A stretch of 64,000 nucleotides of DNA from Desulfobacula sp. Its GTDB lineage: Bacteria; Desulfobacterota; Desulfobacteria; Desulfobacterales; Desulfobacteraceae. Shown here piece after piece: positions 29,225 through 38,402 of the stretch (the first letter of the stretch is position 1; each line of letters opens with the position of its first letter). Below the pieces are notes generated by a model that saw only the letters and a list, made by a program, of their open reading frames with translations, did not search any database and was not told the DNA's origin. The translations under genes were made by a program, and so were the position numbers. The stretch covers positions 42,286 to 106,285 of the forward strand of contig JAMPXP010000018.1 in NCBI GenBank assembly GCA_023701135.1, written 5' to 3'.

Positions 29225-30706
29225 TCAGCCTCCTATAAATCCTTTTACAGCCAGTTGCGCCAGGTCTAAAAACGGTTGGGGGAAAAAAAACAGGGCAAAA
29301 GAAATCAGAGCGGTAATCAGCAGCGGGACCACGCACATCATGGGCGCTTCTTCAATTTTATCCTCAAACATGGACTCTTCCTTGGTGCAGAAAAAGGCCT
29401 TGTAAAAAATCGGCATGAAATAAGCCGCATTCAGCAGAGAGCTGGACAAAAGGACAAAGAGCATGATCATCTGGTCGCCCTCAAGGGTTCCCAGGACCAG
29501 GTACCATTTGCTGATAAACCCGCCCGTGGGCGGAAGTCCGATAATGCTCATGGCGCCGATGAGAAAGGCGATCATGGTCAGGGGCATTCTTTTGCCGATG
29601 CCCACCATCTGGCTGATATATTTTTTCCCCGTGGCCACGAAAATCGCCCCGGCGCAGAAGAAGAGGGTTATTTTTCCAAAGGCATGCATGGCAATATGCA
29701 GGATTCCTCCCGTCATTCCCTTGGGAGACAGCAAGGCCACACCCAATATGATATAGGATAACTGTCCGATGGTGGAATAGGCCAGACGACGCTTGAATTC
29801 ATCCTGGGTCAAGGCGATGCAGGAACTTACCAGGATGGTGACCGAGGCTATGGCCGCCACCACGGCTCCCAGGTGAAAGGACAAAAGGAAATCAACCCCG
29901 AAAATACCGGTGATGACCCTGACAATGGAAAAGGCCCCGACTTTTACGACGGCCACCGCATGCAGCAGGGCGCTGACCGGTGTCGGCGCCACCATGGCTG
30001 CGGGAAGCCAGGAATGGACAGGCATGATCCCGGCCTTGGCAAAGCCGAAGACAAACATAAGCAACAGCACGGTCGCAGAGGGTTTGCTGAGTTGCCCGGA
30101 AAAAATACCGCCGCCGGCAAATTCAAGGGTTCCGGTGGCGTGATAGCAATAAATCATGGCCGGCAGCACCAGGCCGATGGATGTCCCCAGGATGAAGATC
30201 AGATATTTTCTGCCCGAAATCCTGGAATTTGCATCCTGGTGATGGGTCACCAAAGGATAGGTGGCCAGGGACAATATTTCATAAAACAGATAAAGGGTCA
30301 GCAGGTTGGCTGAAAAAGCCGCCCCGATGGTGGCGGATATGGCCAGGGCGAAAAAGGAGACAAACCGGGTCTGCCCGTGTTCATTCAATCCCCTCATATA
30401 TCCGATGGAATACATGGAGGTGATGATATACAAGGAAGAGGCCACCAGGGCGAACAGCATGCCCAGGGCATCCACCCGGAAAGCGATATCGGCTCCCGGA
30501 GCAATTTTAAACAGAGTCAATGCAATCTGTTTCCCCGATAGGATGACCGGAAGCATTGAAACCACAAGGAGAAATTTAATGATTCCTGCCATAAACGTCC
30601 ATGATTCCCTCACATTGGGCTTGCCTGAAGAAGAGACCAGCATCGGAATGACCAGAAGAGAAACAAGAACGGCTAAAAGGGGTTTAATCGATATAATGGT
30701 TTCCAT
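29225..30706 (-). CDS. mnhD: Mrp/Mnh antiporter D-type subunit
   Basis: LYLFYEIL, HSWLPAAMVAPTPVSALLHAV, RLAYSTIGQ. Confidence 0.88.
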   Translation of the reverse strand: METIISIKPLLAVLVSLLVIPMLVSSSGKPNVRESWTFMAGIIKFLLVVSMLPVILSGKQIALTLFKIAPGADIAFRVDALGMLFALVASSLYIITSMYSIGYMRGLNEHGQTRFVSFFALAISATIGAAFSANLLTLYLFYEILSLATYPLVTHHQDANSRISGRKYLIFILGTSIGLVLPAMIYCYHATGTLEFAGGGIFSGQLSKPSATVLLLMFVFGFAKAGIMPVHSWLPAAMVAPTPVSALLHAVAVVKVGAFSIVRVITGIFGVDFLLSFHLGAVVAAIASVTILVSSCIALTQDEFKRRLAYSTIGQLSYIILGVALLSPKGMTGGILHIAMHAFGKITLFFCAGAIFVATGKKYISQMVGIGKRMPLTMIAFLIGAMSIIGLPPTGGFISKWYLVLGTLEGDQMIMLFVLLSSSLLNAAYFMPIFYKAFFCTKEESMFEDKIEEAPMMCVVPLLITALISFALFFFPQPFLDLAQLAVKGFIGG

Positions 30707-30740
30707 TTATGCCTTTGCCTTTATAATGTCTAATTTATTT

Positions 30741-32222
30741 TCACTTTAAAAAAGGAAGAATAATTGTGTTTACAATAGCACCTGAATAAAAGCCCGCCAC
30801 AATCAGGGAAAGACTCACAAGCCCTGAGATAATCAACATGGATACCGGCGCCTCTTCAATGGCAACAGGGCCGTGGGAGGAGTGGTCATGTCCGTGGGAC
30901 CCGGATTCGAAAAAACAGATTTCAAATACCTTGAAGAACAGAACGGCACAGATGAGACTGGATATGATGAGGGCAGCGGCAAAATGATAGGCCCCTTTTT
31001 CCATGGCGCCCAGGATCAGATACCATTTGCTGAAGAATCCGCAGGTGGGCGGAACGCCCACAATACTGAAGGCGGCCAGGACAAAGCCGGCCATGGTCCA
31101 GGGCATTTTTCCAAAGAGCCCTTTCAAATCCGTAATGTCCACTCTATCAATCCGGTACACCATATTCCCCACGGCAAGAAAAAGGGCGAAGGTCATGAGG
31201 GCGTCGTTGAGAATATGGAGGATGGCCCCGGTCATGCCGAGCTGGTTTCCCATCCATGCCCCGCCCACCATATAGCCGATCTCGCTGACGATGATATAGG
31301 TCAGCATTTTTTTCAGGTTTTTCTGGGCCAGGGCCATGACCCCGCCTGCAAGAACGGCAATGGTGGCCAGCCAGACCACGGCATCGGAAAGATTCAAGGT
31401 GTTGAAGATATAATCATACCCGAACACGGTGATCATGAGCCGGAGCATGATATAGACCATGACCTTGGTCATGAGGGGGGCAACCACCCGTGCGAATATG
31501 ACGGGGGAATAGGTATAGGCGTTGGGAAGCCAGACATGGAAGGGGAAAAGGGCCATCTTGATCCAGATCCCCAGGATGCATAGGATAAAGGCCACCAGAA
31601 CCGTTGACGATCCCTGGGAGCCTTTGATGAGCACGGCCACATCGGCCATGTTCAATGACCCGGTATACATATAGAGATAACCAACCCCCAAAAGATAGAA
31701 GCTGGCCCCGATGACGCCGATAAAGATATAATTCAAGCTGGCAAGAGGCCCCCTGTCTCTATCTCCCATGGCCACCTGGGCATAGCTGGTCAGGGAGGTG
31801 ATTTCAATCAGGACATAAAGATTGAACAAGTCCCCGGTGATGGTCACCCCGAGAAGTCCGGTCAAAAAAAGGTTATAGACCGTATAATAGGAACTGACCC
31901 GGTCCCCGATCTCTTTTTCCGCACTCCTGTAACTGGCGATGAGATTCAGAAAGGCGATGCCTGAAACCAGGCAAAGGACCATGGCATTCAGCAGGTCGAT
32001 CCGGTATTCAATCCCGATGGGCGGCGACCACCCCCCCATCTTGTACTGGATGGGGCCGGATTCCATCACCCGGATCAGTACCTGAACGGCTGAAAAGGAT
32101 GAAATAAAAAGGCCTGCAAGAACAATAGGGTATGACAGACGCTTTTCAATCCACACAAAAAGCCCGGCCAGAAGCCCGGTTACAAAAGGTGCAACAACGA
32201 TGAGGGCAGGATAATTTTCCAT
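30741..32222 (-). CDS. mnhD: Mrp/Mnh antiporter subunit D
   Basis: DLFNLYVLIEI, HVWLPNAY, GVPPTCGFFSKWYL. Confidence 0.88.
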   Translation of the reverse strand: MENYPALIVVAPFVTGLLAGLFVWIEKRLSYPIVLAGLFISSFSAVQVLIRVMESGPIQYKMGGWSPPIGIEYRIDLLNAMVLCLVSGIAFLNLIASYRSAEKEIGDRVSSYYTVYNLFLTGLLGVTITGDLFNLYVLIEITSLTSYAQVAMGDRDRGPLASLNYIFIGVIGASFYLLGVGYLYMYTGSLNMADVAVLIKGSQGSSTVLVAFILCILGIWIKMALFPFHVWLPNAYTYSPVIFARVVAPLMTKVMVYIMLRLMITVFGYDYIFNTLNLSDAVVWLATIAVLAGGVMALAQKNLKKMLTYIIVSEIGYMVGGAWMGNQLGMTGAILHILNDALMTFALFLAVGNMVYRIDRVDITDLKGLFGKMPWTMAGFVLAAFSIVGVPPTCGFFSKWYLILGAMEKGAYHFAAALIISSLICAVLFFKVFEICFFESGSHGHDHSSHGPVAIEEAPVSMLIISGLVSLSLIVAGFYSGAIVNTIILPFLK

Positions 32223-32225
32223 GAT

Positions 32226-32621
32226 TTATTCTTCCGATAAGCGCATTCTGAGTTCATCTTCTTCCAGGGTCTGATACCGCTGGTATATTCTGACGGCAAG
32301 GGCCATGGCATACCCAAAGGTCGCCACGGAAACCACAATGGCCGTCAGCATGAGACAGGAGGTCAGGGGGTTAATATAATCCGCCGCCTTAACGACAACC
32401 CCGTGGGCGGTATCTGCAGTTGTAATAATGGGGATGCCGGCATTGGTCTTGTATCCGATGGACACATAGAAAAGGATGATGGCCGTTTGAAAAATGTTCA
32501 TGCCCACCACCTTCTTGATCAGGTTGTTTTTGGCAATCATGCCGTAAAGGCCGATCATCATGAGAATCACATACAGCCAGTAATTGTATTTTGCGATAAT
32601 CAGGGATAATACATCACTCAT
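32226..32621 (-). CDS. mnhC: Mrp/Mnh antiporter subunit C
   Basis: NLIKKVVGMNI, NPLTSCLMLTAIVV. Confidence 0.9.
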   Translation of the reverse strand: MSDVLSLIIAKYNYWLYVILMMIGLYGMIAKNNLIKKVVGMNIFQTAIILFYVSIGYKTNAGIPIITTADTAHGVVVKAADYINPLTSCLMLTAIVVSVATFGYAMALAVRIYQRYQTLEEDELRMRLSEE

Positions 32622-32629
32622 AGCCTTAC

Positions 32630-33454
32630 CTATAGCCCTTCATCATGTCGTCCTTCGGAGACGATGTTAATGTAAATAATGGTCATGACGGCCATGACGG
32701 CGATTCCAACCCCGATTTCAACGACAAGCATTCCAAGAGCCCGGATATGATCTGCCATACCTGGAAACAACGGCGCCAGTACTCCATAATCCAGGAAATT
32801 GCCGCCCATAACGAGACAGAGGACACCGGTCCCGGCATAGATCAATACGCCAAGGGCTGCAAAAATGCCCAGCAGTCTTTCGCTGACTCGTTTTACAAGG
32901 GTTTTCAGATCATAGGAAATGGCCAGAAGGATGAGGCTGGAACCAAAGATAACGCCTCCCTGGAACCCCCCGCCCGGAGAATAATCCCCATGGGCTACCA
33001 CATAGAGGGCATAGATCTGGATAAACGGGATCAATATCCGGCAGACGGTTTTATTGATCAAATCCGGCGGCACCCATTCCTTGTCCATATATCCGAATTC
33101 TTTTCCAATGGTCAGTGATTTTTTTTCGTCCTTGATATGAAGAATGACCCCGGTGGGAATGTGGTGGTAATAATGCTCTTTTTTTCCCCTGAAATCCCTC
33201 AACAAAAGGAAACATCCAATCCCGGCAGTAAAAATAACCGCCGTTTCAAACATGGTGTCAAACCCGCGGTAGTCGGTCACAACCGCTGTCACAAAATTGG
33301 GTGCATGGGTTTCCTCATAGGTCTTTTCAATATAATAAGCAGCCACGTGAAGAGAAGCCGGTGAATTGGGATCGCCCCAATCCGGAAACTCACTTGTCCC
33401 ATATAATAAGAATGCCCCTGTCAGGCAAACCACAATGAATGCTAGAATTCTCAA
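32630..33454 (-). CDS. mnhB: Mrp/Mnh antiporter subunit B
   Basis: PNFVTAVVTDYRGFDTMFE, GDYSPGGGFQGG. True start is probably TTG 33454, overlapping the upstream TGA. Confidence 0.85.
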   Translation of the reverse strand: MRILAFIVVCLTGAFLLYGTSEFPDWGDPNSPASLHVAAYYIEKTYEETHAPNFVTAVVTDYRGFDTMFETAVIFTAGIGCFLLLRDFRGKKEHYYHHIPTGVILHIKDEKKSLTIGKEFGYMDKEWVPPDLINKTVCRILIPFIQIYALYVVAHGDYSPGGGFQGGVIFGSSLILLAISYDLKTLVKRVSERLLGIFAALGVLIYAGTGVLCLVMGGNFLDYGVLAPLFPGMADHIRALGMLVVEIGVGIAVMAVMTIIYINIVSEGRHDEGL

Positions 33455-33696
33455 TCTTTTGTCCTCCTGCTGGTCCTGAAAATTGCCGCCACAAAGAACA
33501 CCGTACTGACTCCTGCGCCAACAGACGCCTCTGTAAAGGCGACATCCACAGCTCCCATAATTGTCCACAACAGGCACATCAGGAATGAATATGCACCGAA
33601 CAGAATGGCGGTTCCCAGGAGGTCTTTGACGGAAAGGGCGGCGATGGCGCAAAAAATGACAAAGGTTAATACAATGATATCAATGGGCCAGTGCAT
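33451..33696 (-). CDS. DUF4040/MnhB-associated small subunit
   Basis: DLLGTAILFGAYSF, AVDVAFTEASVGAGVST. Confidence 0.85.
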   Translation of the reverse strand: MHWPIDIIVLTFVIFCAIAALSVKDLLGTAILFGAYSFLMCLLWTIMGAVDVAFTEASVGAGVSTVFFVAAIFRTSRRTKD

Positions 33697-33698
33697 GA

Positions 33699-34022
33699 TT
33701 AACCCCTTTTTTTCTTTTTGGTCCAGTGCCTTAATCCGGCCCGCATGCCTGCATCCACAATGGTATGAGTGGCGGTGGGGCTGGCCAGAGACACAAAAAA
33801 GACAATTAAAAACATTTTAATGGATACCAGGATGGTTCCAAGGGTGATCTGGTTCAGGTTATAGAGGGCAAGGCCCATGACCATGGCAAGGGTTGCCAGG
33901 GTATCCAGTTTTCCGGCTGGATGAAGCCTGCTGTAAAAATCAGGCATCCTCATGATACCGATGGCGCCCGCTAAAAAAAAGAACAAACCAAACACCAATA
34001 ATGCGATGACGATGATATTCAT
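33699..34022 (-). CDS. mnhG: Mrp/Mnh antiporter subunit G
   Basis: GIMRMPDFYSRLH, SPTATH; start at ATG 34022. Confidence 0.9.
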   Translation of the reverse strand: MNIIVIALLVFGLFFFLAGAIGIMRMPDFYSRLHPAGKLDTLATLAMVMGLALYNLNQITLGTILVSIKMFLIVFFVSLASPTATHTIVDAGMRAGLRHWTKKKKRG

Positions 34023-34041
34023 GGTTTCTCCCTCCTGACGA

Positions 34042-34329
34042 TCAATCCATAAAGGATTCTTCGTACAGCCCTTTTCTCTTGTGGAAATACCGTGCGGCCG
34101 CAACAACAGCCACAAAATTCAATAGTCCGTAGGCCAGCGCAATATCGACAAACATATCCACGCGCCCGTATAAAAATCCAATGAGAAGCAGGAGAATAAC
34201 GGTTTTACTGCCGATGGCATTGACGCCGATGAGCCGGTCCAGGGTTGTGGGCCCGAACAGCACCCGGTAAATGGATAAAACCATGATCAGGCATAAGGCC
34301 ACGGATACATAAAGAAAGAATGATGTCAT
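34042..34329 (-). CDS. mnhF: Mrp/Mnh antiporter subunit F
   Basis: GPTTLDRL, DIALAYGLLNF; start at ATG 34329. Confidence 0.9.
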   Translation of the reverse strand: MTSFFLYVSVALCLIMVLSIYRVLFGPTTLDRLIGVNAIGSKTVILLLLIGFLYGRVDMFVDIALAYGLLNFVAVVAAARYFHKRKGLYEESFMD

Positions 34330-34877
34330 ATATTTTCTCCAAAAATCTTTGCAACTTTTCCCAGCATATCCCCAGGGCAACCTTCAGCCGATGCCTTATC
34401 AATGGCATGAACCCTGAACACCCCTTCGCTGTCCGCCGTTACCGTGATCGTCCCCGGTGTCAGCGTAATGGAATTGGCCAGGGTGACAATGGCCATCTCG
34501 GATTTTAAATTGGTTTTAAAGGTGATGATCTGAGGGTCGATCAAATCCTTCATCCGCGGATGAAGCGTCACATACAGAACATGGAAATTGGCTAATATAA
34601 TCTGCCAGATCAGCCAGGGCAGATATCCGATAAATCTGAAAAATATCCCGATATAAGCCCTTTCCAGTGATGGAAATAAAAGATCGGAAAAAAAATAGGC
34701 CACCAGAAAACACGAAATGACGGCCAAAAACAGAATTAGCGGTACAAATATCCCCGAAAGAACCAGCCAGCATAAAAGCATGAGGACGAAGGTAATTAAA
34801 AACGAAAAAAAAGACTTTAAAAATGTGGCCGATGGTTTGCCGACATCATTGGAAACCCCATTGCGAATATCAGTCAT
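34326..34877 (-). CDS. mnhE: Mrp/Mnh antiporter subunit E
   Basis: LANSITLTPGTITV, VHAID. Confidence 0.9.
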   Translation of the reverse strand: MTDIRNGVSNDVGKPSATFLKSFFSFLITFVLMLLCWLVLSGIFVPLILFLAVISCFLVAYFFSDLLFPSLERAYIGIFFRFIGYLPWLIWQIILANFHVLYVTLHPRMKDLIDPQIITFKTNLKSEMAIVTLANSITLTPGTITVTADSEGVFRVHAIDKASAEGCPGDMLGKVAKIFGENI

Positions 34878-34920
34878 TGAATTATCCTCCCTGAATAGAA
34901 TACGCTCTAAGCCTTAGCTA

Positions 34921-35394
34921 TTATTTTTCAACGCCATATAGTTTGCGGAATTTGCCAAATAGCTTTGCGAGGGGGCCTTTTTTTTCGGAGCCTTTGCCGC
35001 TGCCTTCTTTTTCAGAGGATAATTTTTCCTGTTGGATCCTGAAATCATAGGCCGATTTTATGGTTTCAATGAGGGTGTCCATATCCACCGGCTTTGAAAG
35101 AAACTTAAATGCGTTATATTTACCGCTTTCCAACGCATTCTCAACACTTCCATGTCCCGTCAGCACAATACAGGGCAGGTTCGGTTGAAGATCCTTGAGT
35201 CTTTTCTGAACTTCAATCCCGTCAATTCCCGGCATTTGCAGATCCACCACAGCCACGTCAAAATTTTCCCTGGAAGCAGCGTCAACGCCCTCTTCCCCGG
35301 AAAAAGTGGTTTTAACGGAGAAACCGTCCAGAACCAAACGCTTGGCAAGATATTTTAAAAAGGTTTGTTCATCGTCTATGAATAGGAGTTTCAT
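34921..35394 (-). CDS. Response regulator receiver with short C-terminal tail
   Basis: LFIDDE, VVDLQMPGIDG, LTGHG, LSKP. Confidence 0.9.
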   Translation of the reverse strand: MKLLFIDDEQTFLKYLAKRLVLDGFSVKTTFSGEEGVDAASRENFDVAVVDLQMPGIDGIEVQKRLKDLQPNLPCIVLTGHGSVENALESGKYNAFKFLSKPVDMDTLIETIKSAYDFRIQQEKLSSEKEGSGKGSEKKGPLAKLFGKFRKLYGVEK

Positions 35395-35528
35395 ATATTT
35401 TCCTTAAATTAACTTTGTCTGTCAATATCAGGTTCGGAGGTGCTTATAACAGCTCTATTTTACCGAGTCAACTGGTTTGTTGGGAAATAAGCTATATTGT
35501 ATTTATATTATATCGTTTTAAAACAGGA

Positions 35529-36410
35529 TCAGGTTTCTTTTTTACCGGGAATTATCAAACAGGGAAAGATTGAATTATCCGCTATATTCTTTGAAATGGA
35601 GCCGGTCCAGCGCTCTAGGATGGCCGCCTTGTCACTGGAACCTAAAACAATCATACTGGCCTGGTATTCCTTGGCCGCCTTTTCAATTTCTTTCTGAGGG
35701 TCTCCCACATATACATGGGATCTGGCCTTGATTCCCAGATCATCAAGCTCATCACAAAGGGCATCCAGTTTTTTGCGTTCCTTTTTTCTGACTTTCTGGA
35801 CTTCATGGCTGTCCGGACTTTTCAAGGCGCTGTCCTTCACCACATGAATGATATGAATTTCTCCGATCACATTTTTCATGCCTTTAATATATTCCATCAT
35901 CCTGGCCCCGGTTTCAGACCAGTTGGTGGCCAGTATGGGACGCTCGAAAAGCTTTTCGGGAATGATTTTATCTTCAGCCATATGCTTGAACACAAGAATG
36001 GGAATCCGGGTTCTGCGAACCAGCTCGGAAACATCGGAACCTGAATAAAGCTGCTCCAGGGCTCCTTTATGGGACCGGCCGATGACAATGAGATCCGGGG
36101 CTTCTTTTTCAATGACCTTCAGAATTTCCGGAATCAGGGTGGAGACTTCGATATAGGCCCCGACCTCCATTCCCATTTCAAAAAGATTTTCAGCCCAGTC
36201 AATAAACCGGATATTGGCCGTTTCCTTGAGTTTGACCTCTTCTTCCTTGAGATAGCCTGCCCCTCTTTTCATGGCAACCTTGTCTCTTTCAATCACATTG
36301 AGGAAGATAACATGTTCCAGTGCCGCCTTTCTGAGTATCAGCAATGAGTTCAACGCGTCATAACAAAGGTCTTCAAACTTTGTCACAAAAAGCAGTTTCT
36401 TTATTTCCAT
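35529..36410 (-). CDS. Universal stress protein, tandem domains
   Basis: KKLLFVTKF, GRSHKG..GSDVSELV, ILATNWSE, GSISKNIA. Confidence 0.9.
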   Translation of the reverse strand: MEIKKLLFVTKFEDLCYDALNSLLILRKAALEHVIFLNVIERDKVAMKRGAGYLKEEEVKLKETANIRFIDWAENLFEMGMEVGAYIEVSTLIPEILKVIEKEAPDLIVIGRSHKGALEQLYSGSDVSELVRRTRIPILVFKHMAEDKIIPEKLFERPILATNWSETGARMMEYIKGMKNVIGEIHIIHVVKDSALKSPDSHEVQKVRKKERKKLDALCDELDDLGIKARSHVYVGDPQKEIEKAAKEYQASMIVLGSSDKAAILERWTGSISKNIADNSIFPCLIIPGKKET

Positions 36411-36446
36411 AATAACTCCATTTTTGTATCTATGGCCGGCTGTCCG

Positions 36447-36839
36447 TCAACCCAGTTTTTTTCTGACGGCCGCAGCCAACACTTCCGGATCAACCGGTTT
36501 TTCCAGGTAAATATCAGGCTTTGGAACCTCAGCCCCTTGAAATTCATCCAGCACTTTCTGGGATTTCAGAAAAGAGCGAAGGGCTATCCCGGTGAACATG
36601 ATAATGGGAAGCGCCTTGAATTGGTCATGGGTTTTCAAGTGGTGATACAGTCTTATTCCGCTCCCTCTGGGCATCAATACATCCAGAATCACAAGGTCTG
36701 GTTTCTCTTTTTCAATTTTTTCCAGACCTTCCACACCATCCTGAGCGATCAAAGGGATGTACTGATTTTCTTCCAGAACCGTGACAACAAATGATCTGAC
36801 ATCCGGATCATCATCCACCACAAGGACCTTCTTACTCAT
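36447..36839 (-). CDS. Single-domain response regulator receiver
   Basis: LVVDDD, ILDVLMP, MFTG, YLEKP. Confidence 0.9.
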   Translation of the reverse strand: MSKKVLVVDDDPDVRSFVVTVLEENQYIPLIAQDGVEGLEKIEKEKPDLVILDVLMPRGSGIRLYHHLKTHDQFKALPIIMFTGIALRSFLKSQKVLDEFQGAEVPKPDIYLEKPVDPEVLAAAVRKKLG

Positions 36840-36855
36840 AATCTATCCTCCTTGG

Positions 36856-38394
36856 TCAATTTCCATCAACCGATTTTACCTTTGTATAGGGAAGTTTGAT
36901 CCTGAATGTACTGCCGACACCGGGACTTGTTTCAATCTCAATGACTCCTTTATGCTCTTCGATCAGCTTTCCCGTCACAAGCAGGCCGAGCCCGGTTCCC
37001 TTGCCTCCCTTGGAACTGAACATGGGCGTGAACAGTTTTTTTCGTGTATCCTCATCCATTCCGCATCCGTTATCCTCAACCTCAAAACAGATCATATGGT
37101 TCTTATCGATATGGGTTAAAATTTTGACCTCATGTTTTTTAGTGATATCCTCATCTTCAATACAGGCATCCATGGCATTGTTGATGATATTCAAAAGAGC
37201 GTGGTGAATGGTCTTGGGATCGGCCGTTATTTGACCAATGGATTTGTCCAGGTTCTTTGAAAAGATAATGTTTTTTGATGCGGCAAATCCCTTTAATAAT
37301 TCCATGAGCTCGTTGATGATATCATGGGGGGAACAGGTCTCCATTTCCGGTTCCCTCTGTTTGGAATAGGTCAGAAGGTCCTGGGTCAGGTCACTGATCC
37401 GCTTGATGTTCTTTTTAATGGTTTCCCAACCGGATCTGAGTTTTTCCATATTGTTTTTCTGTATGCCCACATCCACGATATAGGAACCGCCCTTGAGGCC
37501 GATAAGAATATTTTTTACATAATGGGCAAGGCCGCTGACGGTCTGTCCCACTGCCGCCAGCCGTTCGGACTGAACCAGTTCCTTTTCAAGCCGCTTGATT
37601 TCAGTCAAATCCTGAAAAAAATTGACGGTGCCGACAAATTCATTGTTCTCAAACAGGACATTGCTGGCATACCGGACCGGTATCTGCCTCCCGTCTTTGG
37701 TATGAATCACCTGCTCTTTCCATGGAAAATTTCTCTGATCTTTTTCATCCTTGACCTGATTTTTAAAAACCTTTGCAATCTTGGGTGTATACAGGTCGTC
37801 AATGGTCATCTTGTTCCGGACGTCCTTTGCCGCCTCTCCGAATATCCGTGCCGCCTCGGGATTATACACGACCACTTTCCAGTCCCTGTCAAAGGCCACA
37901 ATGGCGTCATGGGAACTGGTAATCAACAGCCTCTGGAAATTGGATTTTCTCCGGATCTCCTCCGTTGCTTCGGCTATTTTGATTTCAAGATTGGTGGTAT
38001 ATTCTTCGAGTGTTTTGCGGATGGCGATCTTTGATTTTGCCCTTTCAAGGGCAATGGCCAGAGCCGCATCCCGGACCGGCTTGTTGATGAAATCGCTGGC
38101 GCCGTATTGAAGGGCCGTGATGGTGGAATCAATATCCCCATGGCCCGTGACGATGATGACCTCTTTCTCAGGGTCGATCTCCTTTATTTTCTTGAGAAGT
38201 TCAAGCCCGTCCATACCCGGCATCTTAATATCCGTCACCACGATATCCGGGGATTCGGCTTTAAACACCTCAAGGCCCTGTTCCCCGCTGAAGGCGGAAA
38301 CCGTTTGGTAGCCGTCACTGCGGAGTGACATGGAAAGAAGCCTGACAATCAATTCTTCATCATCAACGATCAGTATTTTAAAAGCTGACATCAT
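36856..38394 (-). CDS. Hybrid kinase: receiver-PAS-HisKA-HATPase
   Basis: IVDDE/TDIKMPG, PAS region, [23 protein letters not shown]. Confidence 0.9.
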   Translation of the reverse strand: MMSAFKILIVDDEELIVRLLSMSLRSDGYQTVSAFSGEQGLEVFKAESPDIVVTDIKMPGMDGLELLKKIKEIDPEKEVIIVTGHGDIDSTITALQYGASDFINKPVRDAALAIALERAKSKIAIRKTLEEYTTNLEIKIAEATEEIRRKSNFQRLLITSSHDAIVAFDRDWKVVVYNPEAARIFGEAAKDVRNKMTIDDLYTPKIAKVFKNQVKDEKDQRNFPWKEQVIHTKDGRQIPVRYASNVLFENNEFVGTVNFFQDLTEIKRLEKELVQSERLAAVGQTVSGLAHYVKNILIGLKGGSYIVDVGIQKNNMEKLRSGWETIKKNIKRISDLTQDLLTYSKQREPEMETCSPHDIINELMELLKGFAASKNIIFSKNLDKSIGQITADPKTIHHALLNIINNAMDACIEDEDITKKHEVKILTHIDKNHMICFEVEDNGCGMDEDTRKKLFTPMFSSKGGKGTGLGLLVTGKLIEEHKGVIEIETSPGVGSTFRIKLPYTKVKSVDGN

Positions 38395-38402
38395 TCATTC
38401 CC

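Noticed and set aside
33455-33652. N-terminal extension of MnhB given by the ORF track
   Set aside because: Overlaps the DUF4040 gene in another frame and has non-protein-like composition; TTG 33454 fits translational coupling.
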